Below are positions 1 to 10,625 of a stretch of DNA of 36,439 bases, in pieces. Origin of the DNA: Trichoplax sp. H2 (Eukaryota); contig NOWV01000236.1 of NCBI GenBank assembly GCA_003344405.1, positions 62,001 through 98,439 of the forward strand, written 5' to 3'. The translations under genes and the position numbers were made by a program. How positions within the stretch are numbered: position 1 is the stretch's first letter; every line of letters starts with the position of its first letter. The notes beneath the pieces are model-generated. The model had not been told where the DNA came from. It ran no database searches and worked only from the letters and a program-made list of their open reading frames with translations.

Positions 1-2341
1 ACTTTAAAGCGTTGTTGTCTATTTATAAGAGAATTAAAGTACAGTACACGACAGTTAGGGACTTCTGAGAGAAAATTCTCTTTAGAAGTCCATGGTACAT
101 TTACAGTGTACATGCACTTTTGTACAGCGCGGTCCTGAGTTATACGTATGTATCACCTATTAAAAGTGGATACATTAAGGAAATTAATTAATAATTATTA
201 TAATTTTATTTGGAGAATCTATTTTAATATTTGGATGCTACTGCATTAATAATAATTAATATATAATTATAATATAACGATGGACCGTACATAGAAACGT
301 AATGGCAATTAGCCCAAGTACAGTAGATTTCTGTTTCTGCATTACAACGTTCGTCGTCCAGTGTACAGTATGTACACTGTACTATATACTTACAGTACTC
401 GTGTTATCCAGTGAAGAACGCCCATAGCGATGTTATAACTGTGTTCCTAAGATTTTGCAGCATCCTTATCAGTTTCGATAGAAGTTCTTCTAAAATATTT
501 ACGTTACTGCATTTTGTTATAGCTATCAACGTCGTTCTGTTAAAAATATTAATATCACGGTATTAAACACTAAAATTTCGTGATGTACAGTACCTTACGG
601 ATTACCGTACCTTTATAAGGTAATTTCATTTACGGAGATGTTGAGGTTAACACAGCCACAATCTGTATTTAAAATGTAAGCAGTATGTACGACACATAAA
701 GAGCAAGTGCGAATAGTGTAGTCATCGCGAATCATGGACAAAATATATTGCTGAGAAATGCCAGCGTTGACTCTTTGATTTCTTGCATACAACGGATAAA
801 CTACCGCGATTTATTGCTTAGAAGGATAATTGAAATCTAAAGGTGTCAAAAGATTTCTTTGATTTCATTAATTGTACTATTCCTAACATTTGACCAAACG
901 TTGCACATATTTTTAGCTGAATTTTGCTAATAATAACCATTTCGATGAATATTAATGCATTTGATCGCGTTCCTTTCATAGCGACTTCTCGTTATTTAAC
1001 TTTAGGTGTAATTAAATTTTGGTTTTTATTCCCATAACTATTGACATAGCATTTTCTATCTGACGTACTTATTAATGCATCTTTTCGAAATTGCTTTGAA
1101 CCTTTCTAAACATTGCGATATTCAAGTAGTTCTTACTGTATCTCAATCATGGAAATAAGCATAAATTGTTTAACGTGATTTAATATTTTACAATTTCCGC
1201 TCCAAAATGCCGCTGAATTCTCAACTGATTTTGTATCCAACGTCTAATCATAATTATAATTCGTTTTCAGTACACGTATTTGCCTTACCTATTGGTGAAT
1301 CGTTACAACCAAGCAAGGAGAAATTAATCTGAAGGCTCGATGCGGAAAAATAGTGGATTTACTATAGTTCACAGCCTTCAAGCTCGAGGCACATCTTACT
1401 AATTCGTACTTATTTACTAGTCTAAATTCTATTGTAAATATCACAGCGGGCAACAGCAGGGTTTAAAATAAATTGAGAAATGTAGACCTTTTTAAGTTAG
1501 GTAAATTATCTCCTCTTCAAATGACTACTTTCCATTGATACGACCTTTAGCCGCAGACTCAAATTGCGTATGCTGCAGAGCTGTCTTGATCGTGCAATGA
1601 GAAATTACAGTAATTAAATACTCGTGCAATAACAACTTCATCCTGCCTTTGCCCCCAATAAATACATAAATTCTCGACATAAGAATTGAATTGCTATCAT
1701 TCGCAACCTAAATAACACGAAGTAATTCCTAAAGAGGTAGCCTACTGCATACAGGCATGATACAGCTCATGGTATCTATTTAAAAATGATTTACTAACAG
1801 AAAAGCGATTATATTGAAAGTATATCATGCATCTTCCGCTCACATTATCTTAGATCTGTATTGAGATAAATTTGTTATTATATTGTATAATTCTTCAAAC
1901 AATAAAGCGGTTACTTTCATGAACAAGTTATTAAATTAAATCATTTCTTGTTTCGGTAGAAATTCCTAATGAAAGGTTCTTAAGACATTTACAACTGTCT
2001 TGAAAAAACATTAACTTACAATTAACAAAAGACTAAAATACTTACATGATAATATATGGATTACTAACTGTACAAGTGTACACTCAGCAGTATACATCCG
2101 AATAATAACATACAAGTATTTCGCAGACCTGTGCTGTACACTTTGAAGCATGCCAATTAGTCGGCACGAAAAACTACATCAACATCAATACACGAAAAGA
2201 AACTTTTGATACAAACGTGTAGCATGTTGCCATACTGATCAGAGTCAGTGTAAAAAATAGGACAAACTAGCGTAACTGTGTAACAAATACTATACAACAG
2301 GCAGTACTGAATTAGATCCACATTTGAGTCTAAATGCCGGA

Positions 2342-4262
2342 CTAGCATTTTCGCTTTTTTTTATTTTCCAGTAAAGACCTTAATAATTTTTCTCTTAATT
2401 TTCTTTCTAACACCTCATTATCTGAGCCGGAGTCATCACTTGTTGAATCGGTACGATCAGGTATATCGGTAACCGTTGATGTGGATCCCTGTTGATTGCT
2501 TGAGTTTGGATTTTTGTTGGCTATTTGAATATCTTCAGTGACTGCAGTGGCATCAGTATCAGCAAGAGTGTTACCATCTATTTTGACTTCCTTGTCTACA
2601 CTCGCAGAACTACTAATATCTTGGTCGCTAGATTGACACTGTTGTAATTCTTCTTCTCGCATTTGTAAATCCTCGTCATCGGAACTTGCTCTTTCCATTC
2701 CCAAAATGTCTCGTAAAGTATTAGACTTTAATGTCGATAGTTCCGATAGACACATAGCCTTAAGTTCATCCAGACCAATTTCCTGATAATAACAAAAATT
2801 CAAAGATACTCGTACTTTAGTGATGAAAACGATACCTGAACATCGACTAGCATACTATTACATAAATTAAATTATTAAATTATCTTCATTAGTAATAGTT
2901 ATTACAAAATATTCTGTAAACTAGAGGAACCGTTAAAAATTGCTACCATTTTCAGAAGTATGACTACTTCGATGCGGTACAAAGGAGTAAAGAAAATTTC
3001 AATTTTTAGGGTTTCAGAACAGTCTAATATACTGATTACAGCTATCTATGACTGTATACGTATATAGAAATGACGGCATACCCGTAAAATTTCAGGTATT
3101 ATATCTTCAAATTCATTATTTAAGTGATCGATAGCTAGGCTTAACAATTGCTCCCTGTCATTGTAATAACTTCTAAGCTCTCGAAAATTATTTATTTGTT
3201 CCTCCACCGGTAAAACTCTGGAATGATAATCATTTGCTAATTCAGATTCTGATATTGACGGTGATTGAGATGATAGCGATAGTGAAGGACTACGCGATTC
3301 AGAGCTATACTTCTTCTTTTTTACTTTTCTATGTTTAGACCTAGAATAAAATAAAATTAATAGCATTTCTATCGTTAGCGATCCACTAGGAACAAGTTTT
3401 CCAAAAAAATCATATTCAGTTTAGTAGAAAGTACTGTATGATATAGTTGCAAAAACGTAAAATGATTTACACTATTCAACTTGTACTTTCTTTATTAGCA
3501 ATAGCAGTATTCCACACAGCAATTTTGCAAAGACATTATACGTATTACAGAATAACAAAGATCAAGTCTAATCACCAGTCACGATCTAGAACTACTGTAG
3601 GGTACAGTGCTGAATTCCAGAATACAAGATCACGAAAGACCACTAAGAGGCAGTATCGCATATCACATACGTGTATTCAAGTTTCCATAGCCTAGATTTA
3701 TTTTGGCTGATTACGTATATTGATTATACGCGTACTATATATAAATAAATATAAATCATACTGTCGATGGCTTACATACAGTACAGTACGTAATTCGCTG
3801 TGCTGTATTTAGTTAGTATATATTAATATATATATACTGTAGAGCTTTGCAGTAAACTCTATTCATAAATAATAATAATAATCATATAAGATAGCCAGTA
3901 GCTATGCATGCAGAATGGAATAAATATAGAAATGCGATTTATGAATCTCGATATGTCAAGCAGATCATGTCATGCGAAAATTTTAATATTCATCCTAAGG
4001 AAAGCTGCAGACAAAACAAATTTAGAAATGAAGCAAGGAGAAGCGGTGGGGATGTTTGCTCGAGCTGTTGATCAGAACTGTACAAGTGTAGAGTACAGTA
4101 CGTTCTCTATCAGTGATTGAAATCCCAAAATGCTAATGCAAAGTGGTACCAATATCACTATTGACGCTTAGTTTAACTTTAAATTAACTCTAACTTTTTC
4201 TTTTCTTTCCTTTTTCGCCTTTTTGAAGATCGATTCTCCCCGTATGATTCATGTTCACTCAT
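2342..4262 (-). CDS. CAAP1: CAAP1-like protein (caspase activity and apoptosis inhibitor 1 family); spliced, exons 4262-4195, 3340-3082, 2782-2342; ~255 aa
   Basis: Joined exons 2 and 3 read FRELRSYYNDREQLLSLAIDHLNNEFEDIIPEILR|EIGLDELKAMCLSELSTLKSNTLRDILG. This resembles the CAAP1 core as I recall it (LKPVSFYISDKKEML...MLPDVLKNCSIEEIKKLCQEQLELLS...KILEG). An acidic Ser-rich linker follows, then a C-terminal helix EVLERKLREKLLRSLL similar to the CAAP1 ELELRARAIKAL tail. Splice sites are phase-compatible: donor GTATGC at 3081, acceptor ATCAG at 2783, acceptor TTCTAG at 3341. Exon 1 (MSEHESYGENRSSKRRKRKEKK, phase-2 donor GTTAGA at 4194 or GTTAAT 6 nt further) is less certain. Confidence 0.75.
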
Positions 4263-4295
4263 TCTTGAATTTTCCAAATCGGAGAGTATGCAAGT

Positions 4296-5090
4296 ACACA
4301 GTACAAAATACAGTATTATAAATTAGCTGCACTGGACTGTGTGCCGTACTGCACCAGTGCACATGAGTGAGTGTACAGTACTGAGTACAGTATCATTTTC
4401 TAGTTCTTGTACTGTAGTGTACACTGTACTAGCGGAACCCGCGGAATACAGTATTGTACAGTACGCTGTATACAGTACTGTAATGTGCGTACTGTACTGT
4501 ACGTACATTGTACGTACAGTACTGTACTTTACTGTACATTTGAAGATTAACGACTGACTATGGACCATCCTGCACAGTACAGTGTACAGTACAGTACAGT
4601 AAAGTACTGTACACTGCATACTGTAATGTGCGTACTATACACTGTACTGTACAGTAGTCTATTGGAGGACAAACGATTGACTATTGACCATCCTGTACAG
4701 TGTACAGTACAATACACTGTATACTATAGTGTACGTACTGTACACTGTACAGTACTTTAGTACACTAGTACTACTAGTACTATTTGAAGACAAACGACTG
4801 ACTATTGACCATCCTGTACAGTGTACAGTACTGTACACTGCATACAGTACTGTAATGTACGTACTGTACACTGTACAGTACGTACTGTAGTCTATTTGAA
4901 GACAAAGGACTGACTATTGAGTATTTGAGTGTACTGTACAGTACAGTACAGTACAGTACATGTCTGTATTGACCATCCTGTTACACTGTACAGTACAATC
5001 AGTGTACTGTACTGTACTGTACGCCTGTAAAAAAAAGAACCAATGTGACTACAGTACAGTACAGTACAGTACACTGTACTGTAGTCACCA
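4296..5090. repeat. GTACA/TGTAC (TACAGTA/TACTGTA)-rich low-complexity, palindrome-rich region
   Basis: Built largely from GTACA/TGTAC words in both orientations. Many short perfect palindromes (ACTGTACAGT, TACAGTACTGTA, GTACTGTACAGTAC at 4931-4944). (CAGTA)n runs near 4940-4960 and 5052-5072. Confidence 0.9.
4538..4980 (+). repeat. Tandem array of ~112-123 bp units, each starting with a 35-bp core ATTTGAAGACAAACGACTGACTATTGACCATCCTG
   Basis: Cores at 4538-4572, 4661-4695, 4782-4816 and 4894-4980; the last is interrupted by an insertion. Start-to-start spacings are 123, 121 and 112 bp. Linkers are related GTACA-rich sequence, and the CTGTAATGT[G/A]CGTACT submotif recurs in them. Confidence 0.9.
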
Positions 5091-5958
5091 TGAGTCGGCT
5101 ACGGATGACTCAATTGTCCATGATACAAGTGCTCAGTCAAGTCTACTAAGGGGAGCTTGGAGTGACATTGGCGATGCTAGTATAGAGTAATACAGTACAG
5201 TATAACATTTTCACCTACAGTTCAGTTCAAAAGGCGAAAGTACTGTAGATTTCGTCATGGGTCATAAGGCTGACGAAGGCTGACTGCTTCAGCAATGCAA
5301 CTGCTGTACAGTGTACAGTACTTGATGTCATACGGTACTGTTCAGTACATTGCACCGTACAATGAGTGTACATTCTCGTGTACAGGAAAAGCAAAAGTAG
5401 AGTTAAACGAGTAAATTGATCATAAGAAGACGCAATAGATCATCTACGGTAAAAATTATTTTTCTTGTTAACTTGTTACTGCATCATTCTTCTACTATTT
5501 TAACTAGTAGAATACAGTAACCACCCGTGATACTTCGCGTATATCAGACAGTAAAACCCTAAATACAATTATTGTCAAACTTACAGCATTACAGTACTAG
5601 CGCACTGCATACAGTAAGTGGACATTAAAATAGTCCAACGATTCATCATTATGCTGTAATAAAGTGAAGATAGAGATGCTACTTAGACTGTGATTTAGAG
5701 TACTATCGATCAAACACTTATCAACAAACAACTTTCAATTACCTGTACTTGCTGTAGAACGAGTTAGTTGGCACGCCTTTTTCAGCCTACGTCAAACCAT
5801 AACTAATATAAATGTACTGATTAAAATTAGAATTGCAGCAAATTTACGCCTTGATAGTTACTACAGTCGAATCTGGTTGTTCTATGACAGCCACTGGTCT
5901 AGTGTGTGCAATGTAAGAGAAAGAAAAGTACCGGCAGCAACCGAGGATATCTTCTATT

Positions 5959-8900
5959 ATGTTACGCCGTTGTTTATTGACTAACTGGAAAACCAATTAT
6001 ACATCCATTTTATCCTATAACTCTGCAAACAAGATAGCAAAACCATCCTCAAATTTTCAATTAAAAACGACTAGAAGCATTCATACTACCAATACTAATC
6101 ATGCGATCATTTTAGTTGGGCCTTTAGCTAAGAAAGCTGCAATTGTGGGTGCAAGGTATGTACTGCTTGTATAAATACTTGAATCTCAAGAATTCATTTT
6201 TGAAATTAGGAGAAATTGTTCAACCTATAATGATAACACCTATTTATTCATCAAGTTAGCATTATTACTATTCATTAATGGTCATATTGACAAAAATAGT
6301 GCAAAGATACGCTCATGGAGATTATGGCATGTCTATGCGCGTAGATACGGATTATAGCACTAATAAAATAGCTCAAGTTACATCAAATCAGTCTTGCTAC
6401 ATGAAAATTATAATTATCGATTGCAAACGTGTGCATCGATCAAGTATGAAAGGGATCACAGTGCTGCATTAACTACCAATGCAATATACTGCAGACGATC
6501 AACTATAACAATCTGGTATCGAGTTTACAGCATACAGTAATGAAAGGCATTGCAACATTATCGTTACTGTACTTTATATTTATTATATTACTAAATAAAC
6601 ATGAACTACTAAATTATCGCCATTGCTAACAAATACCCTAGATTATTTTTAAGAAAGTCTATAAGAACATTCGCGTAGAATAGATTGTAATCATTAAAAA
6701 ACCCATTCGCAAAATACATTTAATGATAGTGAGATGATACTGCATTATGCAGGATATTATAATACAAGTATATAAGTGCATGTAACTACCTTAAGCTAAC
6801 TATCAACCAATTTTGTATACCATATTTTAGGATTGCAAAGTATTGGTGGAATAAACTACCGACTCATAAAAAGCACAACTACAAGCGAATGCTAAAACGA
6901 CACCAGCAAGTAGTGTACATTATTGCATTATTCGGTACCGGTGCTGGAATTTATTACATATATAATCACATCGAAAGCGTTCCATTAACTGGTCGAACGC
7001 GATTAATGATGCTAAGCCATGAACATTTACAAGAGCTAGGTAACTCCAAGGATATTTCAAAAGAGCAATAGGAATCTATTCAAAAACCTACCTCAGCTAT
7101 TCAATAAAATTTAGAGAACTATAAGATTTAGTCAAATCTTTTAGCTTCCATAACGCAGCACCAACTACAATTCGGGTATTACATCTTTGTATTCCTGAGA
7201 ACGAGTGCTAACTTAGATTCTGTATTGTCCTTGTTTGTTAATGTAGTATCAATAGAATATAATTAGTATTAGCAGATATGATAATTTTGTATCATATATT
7301 AGATAATGTAAAGTAAAAGATACAACTATAGTACGCTAGGCATAACGAGCGAGAGATCGACTAGTATACGCGTACATATAAATTGTATTAATTATACATA
7401 TAATTATCAGCATAACACTTGATTAGGTAATGGTTTTAATTTATAGCGAAGTTTACTGATGTGTGTTACTGTAGTTTCCTCACCAGCTGACAGCAAAGAT
7501 GTAACACGATAACTTTTAAATACTGTACTATTCATATATTCATAATTCTAGTAAAGCATTTGTATTCAGTGTTTACTCCAACTCGCTACAACATTACTCG
7601 GTCTATACTGACTAGGTATGATATATTAAAATAGATCGTTATTAAAAATTACTACTGAAATTTATATTGTAAATTTACAAGAATGAAAAGATTACCTAAA
7701 TAAAATAATATTGACATACACTTATGTGTATTCTACTGTAGGTACTGCGCTAGATGATGATAATTATAGTTAGCACTCGTTCTATCTACCCTACTACCGC
7801 AATACTACGAATTAGTAATAGATTTTATCAATCGTTAAAAATATGGTATAAGGGATTAATTTACCCTTGTCAATAAATGTATCTATTGCATTAGGGAAAA
7901 TGTTGTACGATGAACAAATTCAGGCAAATGGTGAACATCTTCTGCCTACCACCTCATCTCAATATCATAGAGTAAAGAGCGTAGTTTCACGCTTGATTAA
8001 AAACAATGGCGACATCCCTCAAATCAATACGCTACATTGGGAAATCAATATAATTGATTCTAATGAAGTCAATGCTTTCGTTTTACCGGTAATGCCTTTC
8101 TAATCTAGGAAACTGTATTTGTTTACCATGAAGCTATGACTACAAATAAATCCTTGTATGGATAATAATTCTATACATAACATTAATATTATAGAACAGT
8201 ATACCATAAATGTAAAAATATTGAAAGTAGCACATGATGTCCGTTCAATTATTGGACGAATGGAATGATCCAATTAAACTGATAATCAATTAATATAATT
8301 TAGGATGGTCAAATTTTTGTATACAAAGGCATGCTATCAACACTTGGCAACGATGATGCTTTAGCCTTCTTACTAGGACATGAAATGGCTCATGCCTTGC
8401 TATCACATGCGGTAAGACTGACTATAACATCAGAATTTTAATGTCTCTATTTTAAATTTTTTTTTGTCCCAGATTAGTATTAACGTCACTTTGTGTCTAT
8501 GAAATAGGCGGATAAATTAATGAATTATAATCGAATTTTTCACAGGCTGAACAATTGAGCTTTTTCAATATCTTCGATCTGCTAGCAGCGCTCTCTCTGG
8601 GGCTTGTTTGGGCACTAATGCCAACTGATGTTGTAGCTGCTGTAACCCATTGGTTCCATAATTCTATAGCTTCAGTAAGTATACTTATGTTATACGTATT
8701 AGCTTTATAAAGAAAACTTATTAATGCACTAACTCGCGTGGAAAATTATGCTAGATTTGCTTGCATAGACCCTATTCGAGAAAATTGGAGGTAGAAGCTG
8801 ATTTAATAGGCAGTAACCTTGCAACCAAAGTATGATTTACTGATATTTTATTTGATCTATTAGATTACTTACCTTGTTTATTTGCATCCGTTGTCCAACG

Positions 8901-9355
8901 GTATTGTATAAAAAATATCATTTTGCTACGAAGGCGTGCTATGATGTCCGTGCTGCGACTTATTTTTGGGAAATGCTCGCTAATAAAGACCCATCAAATG
9001 CGGAGTTAGAGTGGTTGTCGACACATCCTTCACATCAAAAACGAGCTGACCTGATTAAAGAACGAATGACTGAGGTTGAATATTATACACATTTATTGGA
9101 ATATAAAGTACAGAAACAAAGAATTTATAAATGAATTCTCTTTCTCTAGTTAAATCAAATGTGGACATTGTATGAATGTCATGATCGTCACAAATATCAC
9201 CAACGTCAGTTTAAGTATACGTGTATTTTTATCATTATTAAATTGAATTGATCATTTATCCTTTCCCTCCGATAAATTTTATGAAATTGAAAATGCATGA
9301 TTCTTTGTATTAAACAATTCTAGCTCATCCAAGCAATGCTTATTACGGCAGGTAG
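5959..9355 (+). CDS. OMA1: OMA1 mitochondrial inner-membrane zinc metalloendopeptidase (peptidase M48); exons 5959-6155, 6831-7039, 7895-8088, 8304-8411, 8546-8674, 8755-8829, 8934-9074, 9150-9204, 9324-9355; ~379 aa
   Basis: All introns are GT-AG and phase-compatible; the exons total 1140 nt. OMA1/M48 motifs appear in order: basic N-terminus without acidic residues (mitochondrial presequence-like), TM segment followed by HIESVPLTGRTRLM, WEINIIDSNEVNAFVLP|DGQIFVYKGML, LAFLLGHEMAHALLSHA|AEQLS, PYSRKLEVEADLIG, KACYDVRAA and EWLSTHPSHQKR. The last two small exons are the least certain. Confidence 0.93.
8379..8393 (+). other. OMA1: HExxH zinc-binding motif (HEMAH) of OMA1
   Basis: CAT GAA ATG GCT CAT lies in exon 8304-8411, which is too short to appear in the ORF track. 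The third-ligand motif LEVEAD is in exon 8755-8829. Confidence 0.93.
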
Positions 9356-10625
9356 AAACAATCATCGCGGTGGCATAAAATTTTGTATAATTGCATTGCA
9401 GGTTAATATCGGCTCCGTTTCATAGATATCCTGTAGATTACATGAAAATTTAGTAATCTTTAGTACATGGCTAGCTCTACCGTTAATTTCAATTTTACGT
9501 TATAATTTATTCGATCATAAGCCTTGAATAGCTATAATTTGTTGCATTTTCAATGCTATAATACATTTATTATTAAATAATTAATGTTTCACAAATCTTT
9601 ATTGATCAATGTTAAAGCTTTAGAAATATTTTTGGTGCCTTAGTAACAACGTTTCTTGTATGCAAGATTGTAATGTAAATATTTATAGGAGTATCCAAGA
9701 TTACTATATAAAGTAGCAGATACTATTCAATACAATTCAATATTTTAAATATAATCTATAATTAATAGTAATCTCAGAATTTATGTAATTTAATATGCTT
9801 TCCAACGAGTGATCGATACTAAATTGAATTAATCGTTGGTATTATAATCGAAACCCAGGATATTTGATGAATATTATATTACCTTGCTTATGATTTAGGC
9901 AGCACCTGCTACGTAACAATTGATGCTTCACTTACTGATATAAGCTGAGATTTATTGCATTGATTTATTTATATTAAAAAATTAATACAGTATCATCCAC
10001 TCACTTAGCAAGAGTTAACAAAAACATTTTAATCGAACGCAATACGTTCAGCTAGACTAGTAATGAACTGTTACAATAAACTGAATGAATTAATTACATG
10101 TTGAAAATTACCAAATTGTTTTTAATGCAATTTTATTACTGCTATATTAAATATCTATCGATACTGGATATGCACGCAACGAGTTACGACACAAAATATT
10201 TAGAAATATCGGCGCAAGTGAATAAGAATACTTTTTAGCACAAATATTACATCGTGAAAGTGAATTATACAATACTTTTAAGTACGTAAGGACATGCATC
10301 CAAAGTCAACCTAGAAATTAAATACGAAATTTGATCCTAACTTATAGACTTACTGTAACTGAAGTAGTGTGAATAAAGGCTAACCGTTTTAGATAGAAGT
10401 ATTCTATTATGAAGATACACCGGTATCAAAGAAAGAACAAAATTAAGCCACGCTAAAGTGTAGTATCTTGAATTACGGATGCTTTCTCTCTATGGCTTGC
10501 ATTCATTTAGAGCTATTTAGAGTAGTCACAGAATATAATTTATAGATTCTAAACGATTATTGTATGAAGTGAAGCCTCATAAGTCGTTGTAGGATTTCTC
10601 TAACAAATGCATTTTATCGACTCAG

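Larger units (their letters stand above)
4263..5958. promoter_or_regulatory. Divergent (putative bidirectional) promoter region between CAAP1-like and OMA1
   Basis: Predicted start codons at 4262 (-) and 5959 (+) point away from each other ~1.7 kb apart. This is inferred from gene geometry only; no TSS data. Confidence 0.45.

Noticed and set aside
2157..2348. Minus-strand 63-aa ORF overlapping the CAAP1 stop
   Set aside because: It lies in the probable 3' UTR and has no recognisable motif or splice support.
3447..4120. Plus-strand ORFs 3447-3695 (signal-peptide-like start) and 3908-4120
   Set aside because: They are antisense within the predicted CAAP1 intron 1, with no recognisable family or neuropeptide-like repeated cleavage pattern.
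4538..4980. CRISPR-like appearance (35-bp repeats with intervening sequences)
   Set aside because: The linkers are 77-88 bp, low-complexity and homologous to each other rather than unique. There are no cas genes, and the context is spliced eukaryotic genes.
4323..5190. Overlapping ORFs rich in Y/S/T/V/Q/C/L on both strands
   Set aside because: They are translations of the GTACA repeat, which has few stop codons; there is no coding signal.
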